Part shown: positions 14,945 through 24,198 of the stretch, one piece after another
Numbering within the stretch: position 1 is the first letter of the stretch
Layout of the letters: the number at the start of each line of letters is the position of its first letter
Origin: an uncultured Candidatus Saccharibacteria bacterium
Lineage (GTDB): Bacteria; Patescibacteriota; Minisyncoccia; Phycocordibacterales; Zambryskibacteraceae
Reading direction: 5' to 3'
Length of the DNA: 54,488 bases
Assembly: GCA_964364225.1 (NCBI GenBank)
Contig: CAYIKP010000002.1
Span: forward strand, 1 to 54,488
Notes under the pieces: generated by a model
The model's database searches: none
Seen by the model: the letters and a program-made list of their open reading frames with translations, nothing else
What the model was told of the DNA's origin: nothing
Position numbers and translations under genes: made by a program

Positions 14945-16062
14945 AGCTATTAAGTAAAAATAAAAGCGAGTTTGCTGGAAAAAGAGTGCTTCTTCGCGCC
15001 GATTTGAACGTACCAATAGATTCCGGGATTTTAGAAGATAAATACAGAATTGAGGTTATTCTTCCTACAATAAATTTTTTAATTGATGTGGGAGCAAAAA
15101 TTATAATTATTAGTCACATAGAATCTAATCACTCATTTGGGGAACAAACATTGAAACCAGTTGCAGACATTTTGAGCAAGAGTTTCCCGCTATTTTTTGT
15201 AGAGAACTATTTTCCAGAACATAACAAAGAGGTTGATGAGCATTTAAATTTGGGACAAATAGTTTTGCTAGAAAATTTACGCAAATATGATGGAGAAAAA
15301 GATAACAACGAAGAATTTGCAAAGGCATTGGCTTCATATGCTGATATTTATGTGAATGATGCATTTTCAACTTCTCATCGCGAACATGCGTCAATTGTTT
15401 CAATACCAAAATTTTTACCAAGTTTTGCAGGTATTCAATTTGAAATGGAAATAGAGGGGCTTTCAAAGGCCTTTATGCCGGAAAAACCATTTGTTTTCAT
15501 TCTTGGGGGAGCAAAATTTGAAACAAAGCTACCAATTCTTAGAAAGTTTTTTGCCAAAGCAGATGCGACTTTTGTAGGAGGCGCCATTGCCAATGATTTT
15601 TTTAAATCCAAGGGCTACGATGTGGGAAGGTCTCTTGTGTCTGTAATTCCTCCACACCTTCATTCTTTTGCTGAACCACCACTTTATCTTCCAACAGACG
15701 TTATTGTTGGTGGTGGCGGAGATCGTTCAACCGAAGTAAGCGACATTAGATCAGAAGAAACAATTTTAGATATTGGTCCCCAATCAATTGATGTTTTGCG
15801 AGATATTATTTTTGGAGCAAAAACTATCATCTGGAATGGTCCGATGGGGAATTATGAAAGGGGATACACAGAAGGTACGAGAGCTTTGTCAAAGATGATT
15901 TCAGAGACAAAGGCACAATCTATTGTTGGTGGTGGAGATACTGTGGCATGTATAAGAAAATTGGGTCTTCAGAAAAACTTTTCATTTCTCTCAACCGCTG
16001 GGGCGGCAATGCTTGATTTTCTAAATGACGAAACTCTCCCAGGTATTAAGGCCCTTAACTAA
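14941..16062 (+). CDS. pgk: phosphoglycerate kinase
   Basis: 373 aa with RADLNVP, NDAFSTSHR, GGAKFETK and GGGDT motifs. Confidence 0.92.
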   Translation: MKLLSKNKSEFAGKRVLLRADLNVPIDSGILEDKYRIEVILPTINFLIDVGAKIIIISHIESNHSFGEQTLKPVADILSKSFPLFFVENYFPEHNKEVDEHLNLGQIVLLENLRKYDGEKDNNEEFAKALASYADIYVNDAFSTSHREHASIVSIPKFLPSFAGIQFEMEIEGLSKAFMPEKPFVFILGGAKFETKLPILRKFFAKADATFVGGAIANDFFKSKGYDVGRSLVSVIPPHLHSFAEPPLYLPTDVIVGGGGDRSTEVSDIRSEETILDIGPQSIDVLRDIIFGAKTIIWNGPMGNYERGYTEGTRALSKMISETKAQSIVGGGDTVACIRKLGLQKNFSFLSTAGAAMLDFLNDETLPGIKALN

Positions 16063-16478
16063 GCAGGCATTTTTATAGCAATTTTTGCTCTAAGTTTTTC
16101 AAATTCCTCTGGTGTCATTTTAGGTTTTGGTAATTCTGGGGAGTCGAGATGTTTTGGTATGAGATGAATATGAAAATGTTCGATATCAATACCTGCAATC
16201 ATTATCATTATATAACTAGACTCGGTTACCTCTTTTAATACTGGGATTATTTTGTCTACTGCCTTTAACATTTTTATTCTTATTTCATCAGGCGTGTTAG
16301 ATAGGTGCGAGAAATGTTGTTTAGGAATTACTAGTGTATGCCCTACAACAGTTGGAAAAGCATCTAAAAACGCTAAAACATCACCATCCTCATAGACGGG
16401 GAAATGGGGCACAAGTTTGTTTGCCACTTTGCAAAAAATGCAGTTGTCCATAACTTCATTATAATACCCCCAATGCAT
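16059..16478 (-). CDS. HIT-family (histidine triad) hydrolase
   Basis: CIFCKV at the N-terminus and HFHIHLIP as the histidine triad. The real start is probably the second ATG (16451). Confidence 0.85.
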   Translation of the reverse strand: MHWGYYNEVMDNCIFCKVANKLVPHFPVYEDGDVLAFLDAFPTVVGHTLVIPKQHFSHLSNTPDEIRIKMLKAVDKIIPVLKEVTESSYIMIMIAGIDIEHFHIHLIPKHLDSPELPKPKMTPEEFEKLRAKIAIKMPA

Positions 16479-18089
16479 CCTGTAATTGAAGAAATTTTAT
16501 CTAAGCGTGGGTTTACCAAAGAAGAAAAAGAGGATTTTCTTAATCCAAAATACGAAAATCTTCATGACCCACTTCTAATGAAAGACATGGAAAAAGCAGT
16601 CTCTCGTATTAAAAAAGCATTTGATAGTGGAGAAACTATTGCTGTATATAGTGACTATGATGCAGATGGTATTCCGGGTGGTGTAATGCTTCGCAAAGCA
16701 TTAGAGCAAAGTGGCGCAAAGGTTTTTGCATTTATTCCAGACAGACATGTTGATGGTTTTGGATTTCATGCCAATTCAATTGCGGGATTAAAAGAAAAAG
16801 GGGTAGGCCTCATAGTCACAGTTGATTGTGGAATTGCTAATCTTGAGGGGGTGAATTCTGCAGAGGAAGCTGGGATTGATGTAATTATTATTGATCACCA
16901 TGAGGCACAGGGGGAATTGCCAAAAGCATTTGCCATTTTAAATCCAATGCAACCAAATTGTACGTATCCGTTCAAAGGTTTGTGTGGCGCTGGTGTTGCA
17001 TTCAAGCTAGTGCAAGCGCTTCAGCAGAAAAATGTTTTGAAATTGGCAGATGGCCAAGAAAAATGGCTTTTGGATTTGGTAGCAATTGCCACAATTGCGG
17101 ATATGGTGCCACTAACGGACGAGAATAGAATTTTTGCGCACTTTGGTTTAAGGGTTTTACAAAAATCTCGTAGAAAAGGTTTGCAGGCGCTTATTAATTC
17201 ACTTCGTTTGAGAAATATTACAGAAGATGATGTAGCTTTTTCAATTGCGCCTCGCATAAATGCGGCCTCACGAATGGGTGAAGCTAGGCTCGCATATGAT
17301 TTGCTTAATACAGAGGACGATAAAGAGGCGATTCTACTAATGAAAGAACTTGAGGGTGTAAATAATTCTCGTAAAGGAGTTGTGGCGTCAATTGTAAAAG
17401 AAGCACATTCACGAATTGTTGACGGTGGTTTAGCTGAAAAACCAGTTTTGGTTTTGGGTTCTACGCATTGGCGCCCATCATTGCTCGGACTTGTTGCAAC
17501 GAATTTAGTTGAAAAATACGGCGTGCCAGTATTTTTGTGGGGCGAAGATGGGTCAGGAGAAATTCGCGGCTCGTGCCGTGGTAATGGAATAATTTCGGTT
17601 CACGACTTAATGCAGGAAGCAAAAGATTCATTTATGCAATTCGGCGGACACAAACAAGCGGGGGGATTCACTGTAGTGAAAGAGCAAATTCATCATTTGG
17701 GAGATGCGTTAGTTTCTGCAAAAGAAAAATTAATTCATAAAGACAAAGGAGAAAAGGATTTGGCTGATGCGGTTGTTTCGTTAACAGATATTAATAGTCA
17801 TTTTTTGAAATCTCTTTTTAGTTTGCGTCCTTTTGGACTGGCTAACGAGAGACCACTTTTTCATTTCCCAAAAATATGGACAGAAGAAACAAAAATGTTT
17901 GGAAAAACCATGGAACATTTAGAAATTATTTTTAGTCAGGGTGAAAAGAAAGCGAGAGCGATTAAATTTTTTGCAGGGGATTTAAAAAAGAAAACAGATG
18001 CTGGAACTATAGATATTTTCGGAAATATTGAAGAAGATCCGTTTAAGGGAAGGGATGCGTGGAGAGTGAGAATTATTGATATTATTTAA
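16473..18089 (+). CDS. recJ: single-stranded-DNA-specific exonuclease RecJ
   Basis: DHH motifs (YSDYDADG, VDCG, IIIDHH) and DHHA1 (GGHKQAGG). Start taken at MHPVIEEIL. Confidence 0.9.
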   Translation: MHPVIEEILSKRGFTKEEKEDFLNPKYENLHDPLLMKDMEKAVSRIKKAFDSGETIAVYSDYDADGIPGGVMLRKALEQSGAKVFAFIPDRHVDGFGFHANSIAGLKEKGVGLIVTVDCGIANLEGVNSAEEAGIDVIIIDHHEAQGELPKAFAILNPMQPNCTYPFKGLCGAGVAFKLVQALQQKNVLKLADGQEKWLLDLVAIATIADMVPLTDENRIFAHFGLRVLQKSRRKGLQALINSLRLRNITEDDVAFSIAPRINAASRMGEARLAYDLLNTEDDKEAILLMKELEGVNNSRKGVVASIVKEAHSRIVDGGLAEKPVLVLGSTHWRPSLLGLVATNLVEKYGVPVFLWGEDGSGEIRGSCRGNGIISVHDLMQEAKDSFMQFGGHKQAGGFTVVKEQIHHLGDALVSAKEKLIHKDKGEKDLADAVVSLTDINSHFLKSLFSLRPFGLANERPLFHFPKIWTEETKMFGKTMEHLEIIFSQGEKKARAIKFFAGDLKKKTDAGTIDIFGNIEEDPFKGRDAWRVRIIDII

Positions 18090-18092
18090 ACT

Positions 18093-18779
18093 ATGAAATT
18101 AGAAAAATACATAATTTTTTGTGATGGGGCGGCAAAGGGGAATCCGGGGCCGGGGGGTTGGGGCGCAATTGTTGCAGGAGAAAAACACGTAAGAGAGTTT
18201 GGGGGTAATCACATAAAGACTACAAACAACAGAATGGAATTAACTGCTGCTATCCATGCGCTAAAACCCCTAAGGAAAGGAGATACGGCAGAAATTCATA
18301 CAGATTCTTCTTATGTAATAAATGGAATTACAAAGTGGGTAAAAAATTGGATGAAGAATGATTGGAAGACAATGCAAAAACTTCCTGTTTCAAATAAAGA
18401 ACTATGGATTGAATTAGAAAAAGAAGCTGGAAATAAAAAACTTAAATGGATTTTAGTGAAAGGTCATTCGGGGGTTGCTGGAAATGAGAGGGTAGACGAA
18501 ATAGCATCGGGCCTAGCAGTGGGCGATCAAGTTAGTTTGTACGATGGCCCGACAAAACTTTATACAGTTAATTTAGCTGGAAAAGCTACTGTCGCGGCAT
18601 CATTATCAGGAAAAAAAGGAAAAGCATATTCATATATAAGTATGGTAGGTGGTGTAATTAAAACCCATAAAACTTGGGCAGAGTGTGAAGCTAGAGTAAA
18701 AGGAAAACATGCTTCATACAAAAAAGCACTATCAAAGGTAGAGGAACAAAAAATTATTAAGGAATTTGAAGATAAATAA
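18093..18779 (+). CDS. rnhA: ribonuclease HI with a C-terminal hybrid-binding-like domain
   Basis: RNase H catalytic core (CDGAAKGNPGPGGWG, TNNRMEL, HTDS, GNERVDEIA). The C-terminal 60 aa (YSYISMVGGVIKTHKTWAECEARVKGKHASYKKAL) resemble the RNase H1 / caulimovirus-type HBD. Confidence 0.85.
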   Translation: MKLEKYIIFCDGAAKGNPGPGGWGAIVAGEKHVREFGGNHIKTTNNRMELTAAIHALKPLRKGDTAEIHTDSSYVINGITKWVKNWMKNDWKTMQKLPVSNKELWIELEKEAGNKKLKWILVKGHSGVAGNERVDEIASGLAVGDQVSLYDGPTKLYTVNLAGKATVAASLSGKKGKAYSYISMVGGVIKTHKTWAECEARVKGKHASYKKALSKVEEQKIIKEFEDK

Positions 18780-18781
18780 AA

Positions 18782-20236
18782 ATGAGTACGCGGGATATAT
18801 TACTCGCATTTTTGTTCACAATTTTCGGAGTTTGGGTTTATGAATTTTTTAGCACGGGTGCAATTTTGCTTTGTTTAATTTCGATTTTCGCAATATATTT
18901 TCTAACCAAACAAAAACTCACAACCCTTGCTGTTTTAATCGGAATTGTTTTAGGCGCTACTTCCTTATGGGTGTGTGAAAATGTACCCAATCGCGTTCTT
19001 TTTAACACACCTAACATAGGAGAAAAAATTTCTGGTATTGCGGAAATTAAATCTGCGAAGCAAAGTTTGTTTGGCATTCAGTATGTGGCCGAAATTGAGA
19101 TAAATGGTGAGAGTACAAGAGTAATATTAGAAACCACTGATGCAAAGGCGCTTTCTATTGGCGATACTGCAAATTTTTCTGGGACGCTCACGGAACCTGA
19201 AGATTTTGTAGGTGAATATGGAAAAACTTTTCACTATAAAAACTATCTGCGTGCCAAAGGAATTTTATTTGTTATTAAAAATGCAAAGCTTTCAGATGTT
19301 CAACAACATTCTGGGTTTTCAATATTAAAAATTCTAGAAAATATCAAAAATAGTTTTGAAGAAAACTTAGAACAAGTTTTACACGAGCCAGCCGTCTCAT
19401 TAGTGGAAGGGACAATTTTAGGAGATAAGGGTGCTATGACAAAAGCTGATACGGAAAACTTCAGAAAATCTGGACTCATTCATATGATTGTTCTTTCTGG
19501 ATACAACATTTCTATCGTCATAGCATTTATTTTGGCAGTATTAAGGCCGTTTCCAAGAAAAATTTCATTAATTTCTGCTGTTATTGCTGTTGCGCTGTTT
19601 GTGCTTATGTCTGGGGCATCAACTACCGCAATAAGAGCTGGTGTTATGGGCTCTCTCGTTATAGCAGGCAATTTTGTGCACAGAAAATTAGACGTTTTGC
19701 GACTGCTTTCTATAACAGGAATTTTGATGACGATTTTTAGTCCACTTTCTGCTCTTTATGACCCATCATTCCAACTTTCTTTCTTAGCTACATTTGGACT
19801 GATTTCATTTGGACCATGGGCACAAAGAAAATTAGGATTTATTACAGAGAAATATGGTTTACGCGAAATTGCATCTGCAACAATAGGGTCACAAATAATG
19901 ACCCTACCGTTCCTTGCATATTCAATGGGTGCGGTTTCTGTTGTTTCTTTTTTTTCTAATATTTTAGTTTTGCCTTTGGCACCCTTATTAATGCTTTTTG
20001 GATTTCTAACCGGGTTACTTTCATTCATGCCAATTATTTATATTCCTTTTGCATTTATTACACACATAATTTCTTCTTACATTTTCAAAATTAGTGAATT
20101 TTTTGCCAGTTTGCCATTTTCAATGCTCGCAACACCACTTGCGAGTTCAATAATTATTTTTTCGCTTTATATTTTCCTAATTATTTATGGATTTAAAATT
20201 TATCAAGAAGATAAACTTAGAAGCTTATCTACTTAA
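18782..20236 (+). CDS. comEC: ComEC/Rec2 competence channel, membrane part only
   Basis: 484 aa polytopic protein with N-terminal OB-like region and the Competence-domain motif SGLIHMIVLSGYNI. No C-terminal metallo-beta-lactamase domain. Confidence 0.8.
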   Translation: MSTRDILLAFLFTIFGVWVYEFFSTGAILLCLISIFAIYFLTKQKLTTLAVLIGIVLGATSLWVCENVPNRVLFNTPNIGEKISGIAEIKSAKQSLFGIQYVAEIEINGESTRVILETTDAKALSIGDTANFSGTLTEPEDFVGEYGKTFHYKNYLRAKGILFVIKNAKLSDVQQHSGFSILKILENIKNSFEENLEQVLHEPAVSLVEGTILGDKGAMTKADTENFRKSGLIHMIVLSGYNISIVIAFILAVLRPFPRKISLISAVIAVALFVLMSGASTTAIRAGVMGSLVIAGNFVHRKLDVLRLLSITGILMTIFSPLSALYDPSFQLSFLATFGLISFGPWAQRKLGFITEKYGLREIASATIGSQIMTLPFLAYSMGAVSVVSFFSNILVLPLAPLLMLFGFLTGLLSFMPIIYIPFAFITHIISSYIFKISEFFASLPFSMLATPLASSIIIFSLYIFLIIYGFKIYQEDKLRSLST

Positions 20237-20264
20237 GTAAGAAACAAATACAAAATATAAATTT

Positions 20265-22058
20265 TTATCCTCGGAATGCTTTTGCTTGGTCTTCAAATAT
20301 TTTTTTGTAAATACCGCCGTGTTTAATTAGTTCTTTGTGGTTTCCAACTTCTTCAACCGTACCTTTTTCTAATACAATAATTTTGTCCATATTTTGTGTT
20401 GTGTTAAATCTGTGCGTGATCACGATTAGCGTGTTTTTTCCAACTGCTTTTTCCATCGCTTCAAATATTTTTGTTTCTGAAAGCGCATCTATGGCAGCGG
20501 TTGGTTCATCGAGTACCATTATGAAGCCGTTTCTATATATAGTTTGCGCTAGTGCAATTTTTTGTTTCTGTCCTTTTGATGGCTCTATACCACCCTCAAA
20601 CTCTTTGCCGAGTTGCTGATCATATTTATGTTCCCACTCCTCTATAAATTCATTGGCACCACTAAATTCTGCAGATTTTTTCACTAAATCTATATCAGTT
20701 GGTTTTTCTGTTCTACTCATTGCTATCGAGTCTTTTACAGGTAGGTCATAACTAATATAATCTTGAAGCAGAACTGAAAGATATGAAGTCCATTCGTTAA
20801 TATCTAACTCCTTTAAGTCCACTCCATCTATAAGAACGGTCCCCTCATTTGGATCATAGATTCTTGATAAAAGTTTTATTAATGTAGATTTACCCGCCCC
20901 ATTCATTCCAACTAGCGCAATTTTTTCACCAGGATTAATTATTAAGTTAACATTTCTTAAAATCCAATCATCTCTTCCCTCATATTTAAAACTCACATTT
21001 TTAAATTCGATTGTTGGAGGCCCAGAAAGGTTTAAAATTACGGGGTTTTCAGATCGTTTTATAAATGGTTTTGTGTCTAGTACAGCAAAAATGTCTGTGG
21101 CGTAGAGATTCTTTTCTAATAATGTGGCAGTTTGTGCTAGAAATTGATTTATTGATCCGACCAATTGACCTAGTGCACTAATTATGAAAACCATAGAGCC
21201 AACAGAAATTAAACCAGCTAAAACATTTTTGGAAATTAAGAAGAGGGCAAATCCGTATCCAATGGCACCAATAATAATTGCGATTGTTTGATAAAAAAAT
21301 CTGTTTCTATCAGTCTTTCTTATGTCGTTTTGATAAGAAACAAGAGTATCTTTTATATATTCAAGAATGCGTTCTCCCGATTGAAGAATTTTTGTTTGAG
21401 TAATACCAAATCGCCCCGTTATATGACTTCTCATGTGGTAGTAATGTTTTTGTCTTTCGCTGTGCTCGGCCCATATACCCCAAGATTTGTAGCCGTATTT
21501 TAATTGAACTATGAAACCAGGAATTGATGAAACGATAACAATTGCATACACTTGCCAGCTAATAACGGAAGTTATTATTGATGAAGCCAAAATAACGGCA
21601 ATATTTCCGAAGTTATCAAATTGGGCCTGAATGATTTCATATACTGGCCAGATACTCCTATCCAGAGCTCTATGGAGGAGGTTTTGAAAACTAGGGCTTT
21701 CATGGTGACCAAGGTCAATTTCGAGCCTTTTTCTAAGAACAGCCATTTCTAACCCGAGTTCATTTTCTGATCTCCATAATTTACTCAAAAATGAGCTAAA
21801 AGAATTTAAAATTCTAATTCCTCCATAAATAGCCGCATAAGTTAAAACAAAAAAAGTTATTTGTTCAATTGGTTTTGCGTCTTTAATAGAGGCAATCATT
21901 GCGTTCACTATATTTCCAAGAATTTTTGACTGAAGTAGTGGCGCTAAATTGGTAATTATTGTTAGAACAAATAGGCCAATGGTTAAACCAGGGGCAAAAT
22001 CAATCGCCATTCCTATTCCACGACGTACGTTTTTTACAAGAGATAACAGTTTATTCAT
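20265..22058 (-). CDS. ABC exporter, fused permease/ATPase (MsbA-like)
   Basis: Six-TM N-terminal half, Walker A GMNGAGKST, signature SKGQKQKIALA and Walker B MVLDEPT. Confidence 0.88.
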   Translation of the reverse strand: MNKLLSLVKNVRRGIGMAIDFAPGLTIGLFVLTIITNLAPLLQSKILGNIVNAMIASIKDAKPIEQITFFVLTYAAIYGGIRILNSFSSFLSKLWRSENELGLEMAVLRKRLEIDLGHHESPSFQNLLHRALDRSIWPVYEIIQAQFDNFGNIAVILASSIITSVISWQVYAIVIVSSIPGFIVQLKYGYKSWGIWAEHSERQKHYYHMRSHITGRFGITQTKILQSGERILEYIKDTLVSYQNDIRKTDRNRFFYQTIAIIIGAIGYGFALFLISKNVLAGLISVGSMVFIISALGQLVGSINQFLAQTATLLEKNLYATDIFAVLDTKPFIKRSENPVILNLSGPPTIEFKNVSFKYEGRDDWILRNVNLIINPGEKIALVGMNGAGKSTLIKLLSRIYDPNEGTVLIDGVDLKELDINEWTSYLSVLLQDYISYDLPVKDSIAMSRTEKPTDIDLVKKSAEFSGANEFIEEWEHKYDQQLGKEFEGGIEPSKGQKQKIALAQTIYRNGFIMVLDEPTAAIDALSETKIFEAMEKAVGKNTLIVITHRFNTTQNMDKIIVLEKGTVEEVGNHKELIKHGGIYKKIFEDQAKAFRG

Positions 22059-22074
22059 TTAGACCAGTTTAACC

Positions 22075-22671
22075 CTAGAGAAGGGCGTTTGCATAGTTTG
22101 TTTCCACTGTTTGCCAATTTAGATTTGCAAAGAAGTCTTCAACATATTGTTTTTTTCCAGAAGGAAAATAATCTGCCACAAAAGAATGTTCCCACATATC
22201 AAGTACAAGAATCGGTTTGGTTGAGGATAGTTGCCCCAAATGTTGTTCGTCTACCCAATGTGTTAAAAGACTTCCTGTTTGTTTGTCGTAAGAGAGCATT
22301 GCCCAACCAATACCTCTGGTAGTGGCCAATGATTTGAAGTAAATAAGCCATTTGTCAAAACTACCCCATTCTTTTTCAATTTCTGATTTTAGTGGACTAC
22401 CCTCAACAAGCTGTATTGGTTCACCCTCTAAATGGGCAAAATAGTATTCATGATTTCTCATTCCATTGAATTCAAATTGCAGGCGACGATTTAACCCACT
22501 CAAAATACCCATATTTTCTTCAGCATTTTCCGACAGCTCACTAATTTTTTTAATTACTAAGTTAGTGTGGTTTACATATCCTGAATAAAGTTTTAAATGC
22601 TCTTCAATTGTTTTGGCCGATATTCCTTTTAGGGGAGGAATAGCGAAAATTTTTTCTTTAAATGGTGTCAT
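22075..22671 (-). CDS. Fe/Mn superoxide dismutase-like protein
   Basis: FNGMRNHEYYF and DMWEHSFVADY match SOD metal-ligand motifs. Start set at MTPFKEK. The longer track ORF runs through a terminator and hairpin. Confidence 0.75.
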   Translation of the reverse strand: MTPFKEKIFAIPPLKGISAKTIEEHLKLYSGYVNHTNLVIKKISELSENAEENMGILSGLNRRLQFEFNGMRNHEYYFAHLEGEPIQLVEGSPLKSEIEKEWGSFDKWLIYFKSLATTRGIGWAMLSYDKQTGSLLTHWVDEQHLGQLSSTKPILVLDMWEHSFVADYFPSGKKQYVEDFFANLNWQTVETNYANALL

Positions 22672-22679
22672 GAAATAAT

Positions 22680-22757
22680 TATACCCCGTAGTGAATTTTG
22701 GCGTCAGCTTCGCCATAGTGCCTTTGGCACAACGCCAAAATCTACTATCGGGGTATA
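22680..22757 (-). promoter_or_regulatory. long imperfect hairpin in the SOD-like gene leader
   Basis: tataccccgtagtgaattttggcg (22680-22703) pairs with cgccaaaatctactatcggggtata (22733-22757). An inner gtgcc-ttt-ggcac stem is present. It ends 9 nt from the ATG. Confidence 0.6.
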
Positions 22758-22760
22758 TAC

Positions 22761-22789
22761 AAAAAGCGGCGCCACAATGTGTGGCGCCG
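22761..22789 (-). terminator. intrinsic terminator (minus strand)
   Basis: The minus strand reads cggcgccac-acatt-gtggcgccg followed by ctttttgt. Confidence 0.7.
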
Positions 22790-22802
22790 TTCTCTTTTGT
22801 GC

Positions 22803-22964
22803 TTACCTTCTTCCGTGTTGCATTGTCCGCAAGCGACCGCGGACTTTGCGGGAGTTTCTGTATCCCTTGTATCCGCGCCGAACTGGTTTTGGCCATTCTG
22901 AAAGTTGACGGACGATGTCCTGGATTCGTAGAGTGAACCACTCCTGCGAACCTACAGCTATCAT
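22803..22964 (-). other. unassigned GC-rich unit: a 53-codon basic ORF or a structured ncRNA, ending at its own terminator
   Basis: Minus-strand ORF MIAVGSQEWFTLRIQDIVRQLSEWPKPVRRGYKGYRNSRKVRGRLRTMQHGRR. Alternative stems cgcgga/tccgcg and gtccgc/gcggac are possible. GC is clearly above background. No family recognised. Confidence 0.35.
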
Positions 22965-23020
22965 AGCCCTTGCCATATACCTCGCTGTTTAGAGACTTTT
23001 ATATAATATCAAAAGCTAAT

Positions 23021-23893
23021 ATGGATTTCTTTAAAAATCACCACAAAATTTTTTTACTCTCTTTTTTGGTACTTCTTAATCTGATTGTTTGGGTTCAGAT
23101 TTTCTCATACAAAAACAAAAACCACTTGAGGGTGGTGTTTTTAAATGTTGGGCAAGGTGATGCTATTTATATAAGAGCGCCCAGTGGAAACGACATGCTT
23201 ATAGATTCTGGACCAAGAGACAGGTCGGTGCTTCGTGAATTGGGCGCAGTGATGCCGTGGAATGATAGTGATTTAGATGTAATTTTGGAAACCCACGCAG
23301 ATGCGGACCATATAGGTGGTTTTCCAGATACTTTAAAAAGATTTAAAGTCGGCGCCCTTATTGAAAGTGGGAATCATTCCAAAACAAATACCATTGACGC
23401 TTTAATTGAGGAAATTGTTTTTGAAAAAAAAATTCCTGAAGTGATTGCTAAAGCCGGAATGAAAATTGATTTGGGTGACGGGGTTATTTTTGAAATTCTT
23501 TTTCCAGATAAAAATGTTGTTGGTTGGGAAACAAATAAAAGCTCAATTGTAGGAATTTTGTCTTACGGAGACAGAAAATTTTTATTTACAGGAGATTCTC
23601 CTACACAAATTGAAAATTATTTAGGTTCGTTAAATGAAAATGGTTTAGAGGCTGATGTTTTAAAACCGGGACACCACGGTTCAAAAACATCATCAAGTCA
23701 GTATTTTTTAAACGCAGTTAAGCCAGAATATGCAGTAATTTCTGCAGGAAAAAATAATCGTTATGGACACCCAGCGCCTGAAATTATAAGTAGGTTAAAG
23801 GCACAAGATATTGAAATTTTTCAGACAGCAATAAATGGACGGGTGGAATTTAAGACAAATGGTATAAATTTAATTCCGGTTTTAGAATTTTGA
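23021..23893 (+). CDS. ComEC-type metallo-beta-lactamase domain protein (separate gene)
   Basis: N-terminal TM helix, then VVFLNVGQGDAIYIRAP..MLIDSG and HADADHIGG, as in the C-terminal domain of full-length ComEC. Confidence 0.8.
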   Translation: MDFFKNHHKIFLLSFLVLLNLIVWVQIFSYKNKNHLRVVFLNVGQGDAIYIRAPSGNDMLIDSGPRDRSVLRELGAVMPWNDSDLDVILETHADADHIGGFPDTLKRFKVGALIESGNHSKTNTIDALIEEIVFEKKIPEVIAKAGMKIDLGDGVIFEILFPDKNVVGWETNKSSIVGILSYGDRKFLFTGDSPTQIENYLGSLNENGLEADVLKPGHHGSKTSSSQYFLNAVKPEYAVISAGKNNRYGHPAPEIISRLKAQDIEIFQTAINGRVEFKTNGINLIPVLEF

Positions 23894-23895
23894 AA

Positions 23896-24141
23896 TTATT
23901 TAATCAATCCAGCTTTCTTGAGTGTTTTGTATGCACCGTTTTTCTGCATAGTTTTAAGACCGCGCGCAGAAACTGTTATAACTACAGTTTTATTTATTTC
24001 AGGTATGAAAATACGCTTTTTTTGTAGGTTTGGATAAACCCTTTTCTTTCCAGTGGGGTTGTATTGGGTTGCACGGGTTCGGTTGCTGTAACCGCCCTTC
24101 ATAATTGAACCCTTTTTAGTTATTGCACAAATCTTTGCCAT
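23896..24141 (-). CDS. rpmB: 50S ribosomal protein L28
   Basis: MAKICAITKKG...YPNLQKKRIF...VSARGLKT pattern. Confidence 0.88.
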   Translation of the reverse strand: MAKICAITKKGSIMKGGYSNRTRATQYNPTGKKRVYPNLQKKRIFIPEINKTVVITVSARGLKTMQKNGAYKTLKKAGLIK

Positions 24142-24198
24142 AGGCTCAAAATCCTAACATGGTTAGCCAAAACCCTCAAGCTATACGATAATAAGGAT

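Noticed and set aside
22800-22835. SRP-RNA-like motif on the minus strand (acacGGAAgaaggtaagcac, similar to the GGAA tetraloop plus AGCA of helix 8).
   Set aside because: The bases flanking GGAA cannot form the closing helix (only one C:G pair, then A:A and C:A). There is no matching 5' strand of the symmetric loop.
22672-22941. The 288-aa version of the SOD-like ORF (track 22075..22941).
   Set aside because: The extra 90 codons run through a clean intrinsic terminator and a long hairpin, have no SOD similarity and are compositionally different. SOD homology starts near MTPFKEK.
22903-22945. tmRNA 5'-end-like string on the plus strand (ggacgatgtcctggattcgtagag against the GGGGCUGAUUCUGGAUUCGACGGG that I recall).
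   Set aside because: A plus-strand tmRNA would have to extend about 350 nt into the clearly coding MBL gene. No tag reading frame and no T-arm/CCA end are present. Only a 9-mer matches.
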